From positions 310,001 through 374,000 of the forward strand of contig NMRA01000441.1 in the NCBI GenBank assembly GCA_002633005.1: DNA of 64,000 nt, read 5' to 3'. Shown here piece after piece: positions 62,389 to 64,000 of this stretch. Positions within the stretch are counted from its first letter, which is position 1; each line of letters starts with the position of its first letter. The notes below the pieces were generated by a model. It saw only the letters and a program-made list of their open reading frames with translations. It searched no databases and was not told the DNA's origin. Made by a program: the position numbers and the translations under genes. This stretch comes from Phoronis australis. Taxonomy: Eukaryota; Animalia; Phoronida.

Positions 62389-62998
62389 CCTTGTTTACCA
62401 GGTTGTGTTTATTGCAAATATTTTTTCTGATAGCTCTAATCCCTCCCTACAAAGTATATATTTCCTGAAAAGTGAATAAATTTCCAAACAAAATTTATTA
62501 TTCTTATTTACTTGTCGTAATTTTTAAACGAGATATGGATTTCTTAGTAATTTTTTTAACTTTGAATATTGTTCCTCCAATCATATTCTTTAGTCAACAT
62601 GTTAATAACGGCATTAGCTAGGGAACCGTGTCTCAGATTTTTGAAATGAGTCCTTGTTTTTCGGAACGAAGCCTTCAAAAATCAAATTCTCTAAAAACTG
62701 ACTAATTAAAAAAACTAAGACCTATTTAAAAAATCTGAGACACCGTTCCCTCAAAAATGCCGTTATCATCAAGTTGATAAGAGACCGATACGATTGGAGG
62801 AACAATATTTATAAAATCTCTGTTCAAAGTCAAAAATTTTTACTAAAAACCGCTTATCTCGTGGTTAAATAAAGACAAGTAAATAAGAGTGACAAATTTT
62901 ATTGTGAAATTTGTTCACCTTTGAAAGAATATTTGTAGGAAATAGAGCTTACAGGATTTAAGATATTTTCAAATACTAGTACAACCTGGTAAACAAGG
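62389..62998. mobile_element. ~610-bp foldback/MITE (nearly the whole element is an imperfect inverted repeat)
   Basis: Ends CCTTGTTTACCAGGTTGT / ACAACCTGGTAAACAAGG; inner arms GGGAACCGTGTCTCAGATTTTT / AAAAATCTGAGACACCGTTCCC. Confidence 0.78.
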
Positions 62999-63821
62999 AT
63001 TACAGTTACTTGAAAATCCGATACTAAATACATGTTGACAAATTTTTAACCAATTCTCGTTCTGTCACCTGCTAATGCATCATTGGCGTAAATCTTGAAA
63101 GTTGAAGACAGAAATCAACAAAAAAACTCGTATTCTCTATCTCACAAATTGGATATTTATGGTCCAGGGTGGGTGATCTTTTCCCACATTTGCCGAGTAA
63201 TTCGCTAAAAGCGTACACGTAGGCCCCGCTTGCACATTTAACAGACAGTGAATTTTCCTCCGAACTTTTGGGGGTTGTTGAGGGTTACAGAGCATTATTT
63301 TGTTTCACAGAACTGGATGGAAATGTCGTTTTTAATGTCTGTCGATAGGCCAAAACCGGGTTTGGTATCATTTTAATGAGGACCGTAATTCGTTCATTAT
63401 TAGTATTGGTCTTGTAGTAATCCATTATCTTACACCATTATTATCGTTGTCTCATTCCTTTGTGTTGTTTTAATTGAATGTTTCCAATTAAAATTTTGGT
63501 CTCAAATGAATGTATTGTTCCCATAGTTAGCGATAACTATTACTGAAAGGTCGAATGTAAAAAATACCAAAAACATGTTAAAAAGGATAGCATTTCCCTT
63601 TAAAGCCCTAAACAACACCAACTTTGAGAACTCCCGTTTTGGTTCATGTTTGCGGTGGAATGTTTTGTTTTTTAATATAAGTACAGTTGCTGGGTGTTAT
63701 GTTTCTAAAAATACATCATAAAAAATGGGTTTGATTTATGCCATTTTGAAGTTTGCAATTTTTGCTTGACCCAAGAGCTGTGAGGGTGTTTAAAGAACAA
63801 TATTAGGAACTAAATAAAATT

Positions 63822-64000
63822 AATATAGATTATTATATTGCGAAGTCGTTGTACCCCGTAATCTAGAGCCCGAAGGATTTTGGAGAATTATCAGGCTCTA
63901 GATGAGGGGGATAACGACTGAGAAAATGTAATAATTTATTTATACCACACACTGAACAGAAACATTGCAGTGAATCCATCTACCTTTCTCGACAAGCCTC
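63822..64000 (+). mobile_element. Second, truncated copy of the 48916-49797 hairpin element
   Basis: AATATAGATTATTA...TCTAGAGCCCGA.GGATTTTGGAGAATTATC...GGCTCTAGAT.AGGGGGATAACG.CTGAGAA...TTTATACCACA; hairpin tip deleted; runs off the window. Confidence 0.75.

Overview
AT-rich, intron-rich animal genomic DNA, most likely from an invertebrate; the species cannot be identified from sequence alone. Two spliced genes lie head-to-head with 307 bp between their ATGs. TTC8/BBS8 (BBSome TPR subunit) is on the minus strand, with 10 exons in the window (13778 to 1690) and its last exon apparently left of position 1. DHTKD1 (2-oxoadipate dehydrogenase E1) is on the plus strand and complete: 21 GT-AG exons, 14086-34385, 929 aa. 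One BBS8 exon is duplicated across a 278-N gap, probably an uncollapsed haplotype. From about 36.9 kb onward I found no recognisable host protein-coding gene; this region is mostly transposon relics. It holds a Helentron-type (HINE) element with a ~425-bp tandem array, L1/Tx1, Penelope-like and Gypsy relics, and hAT5-like MITEs. A nested cluster has an IS3EU-type element (TACGG ends, 6-bp TSD) and a hairpin/tRNA-bearing Crypton-like element inserted into one L1/Tx1 relic. There is also a perfect 56-bp palindrome and a possible non-coding spliced transcript. I found no convincing wholly new biological system; the mobile-element architectures are the best leads. All family assignments are by manual motif recognition, not database search.
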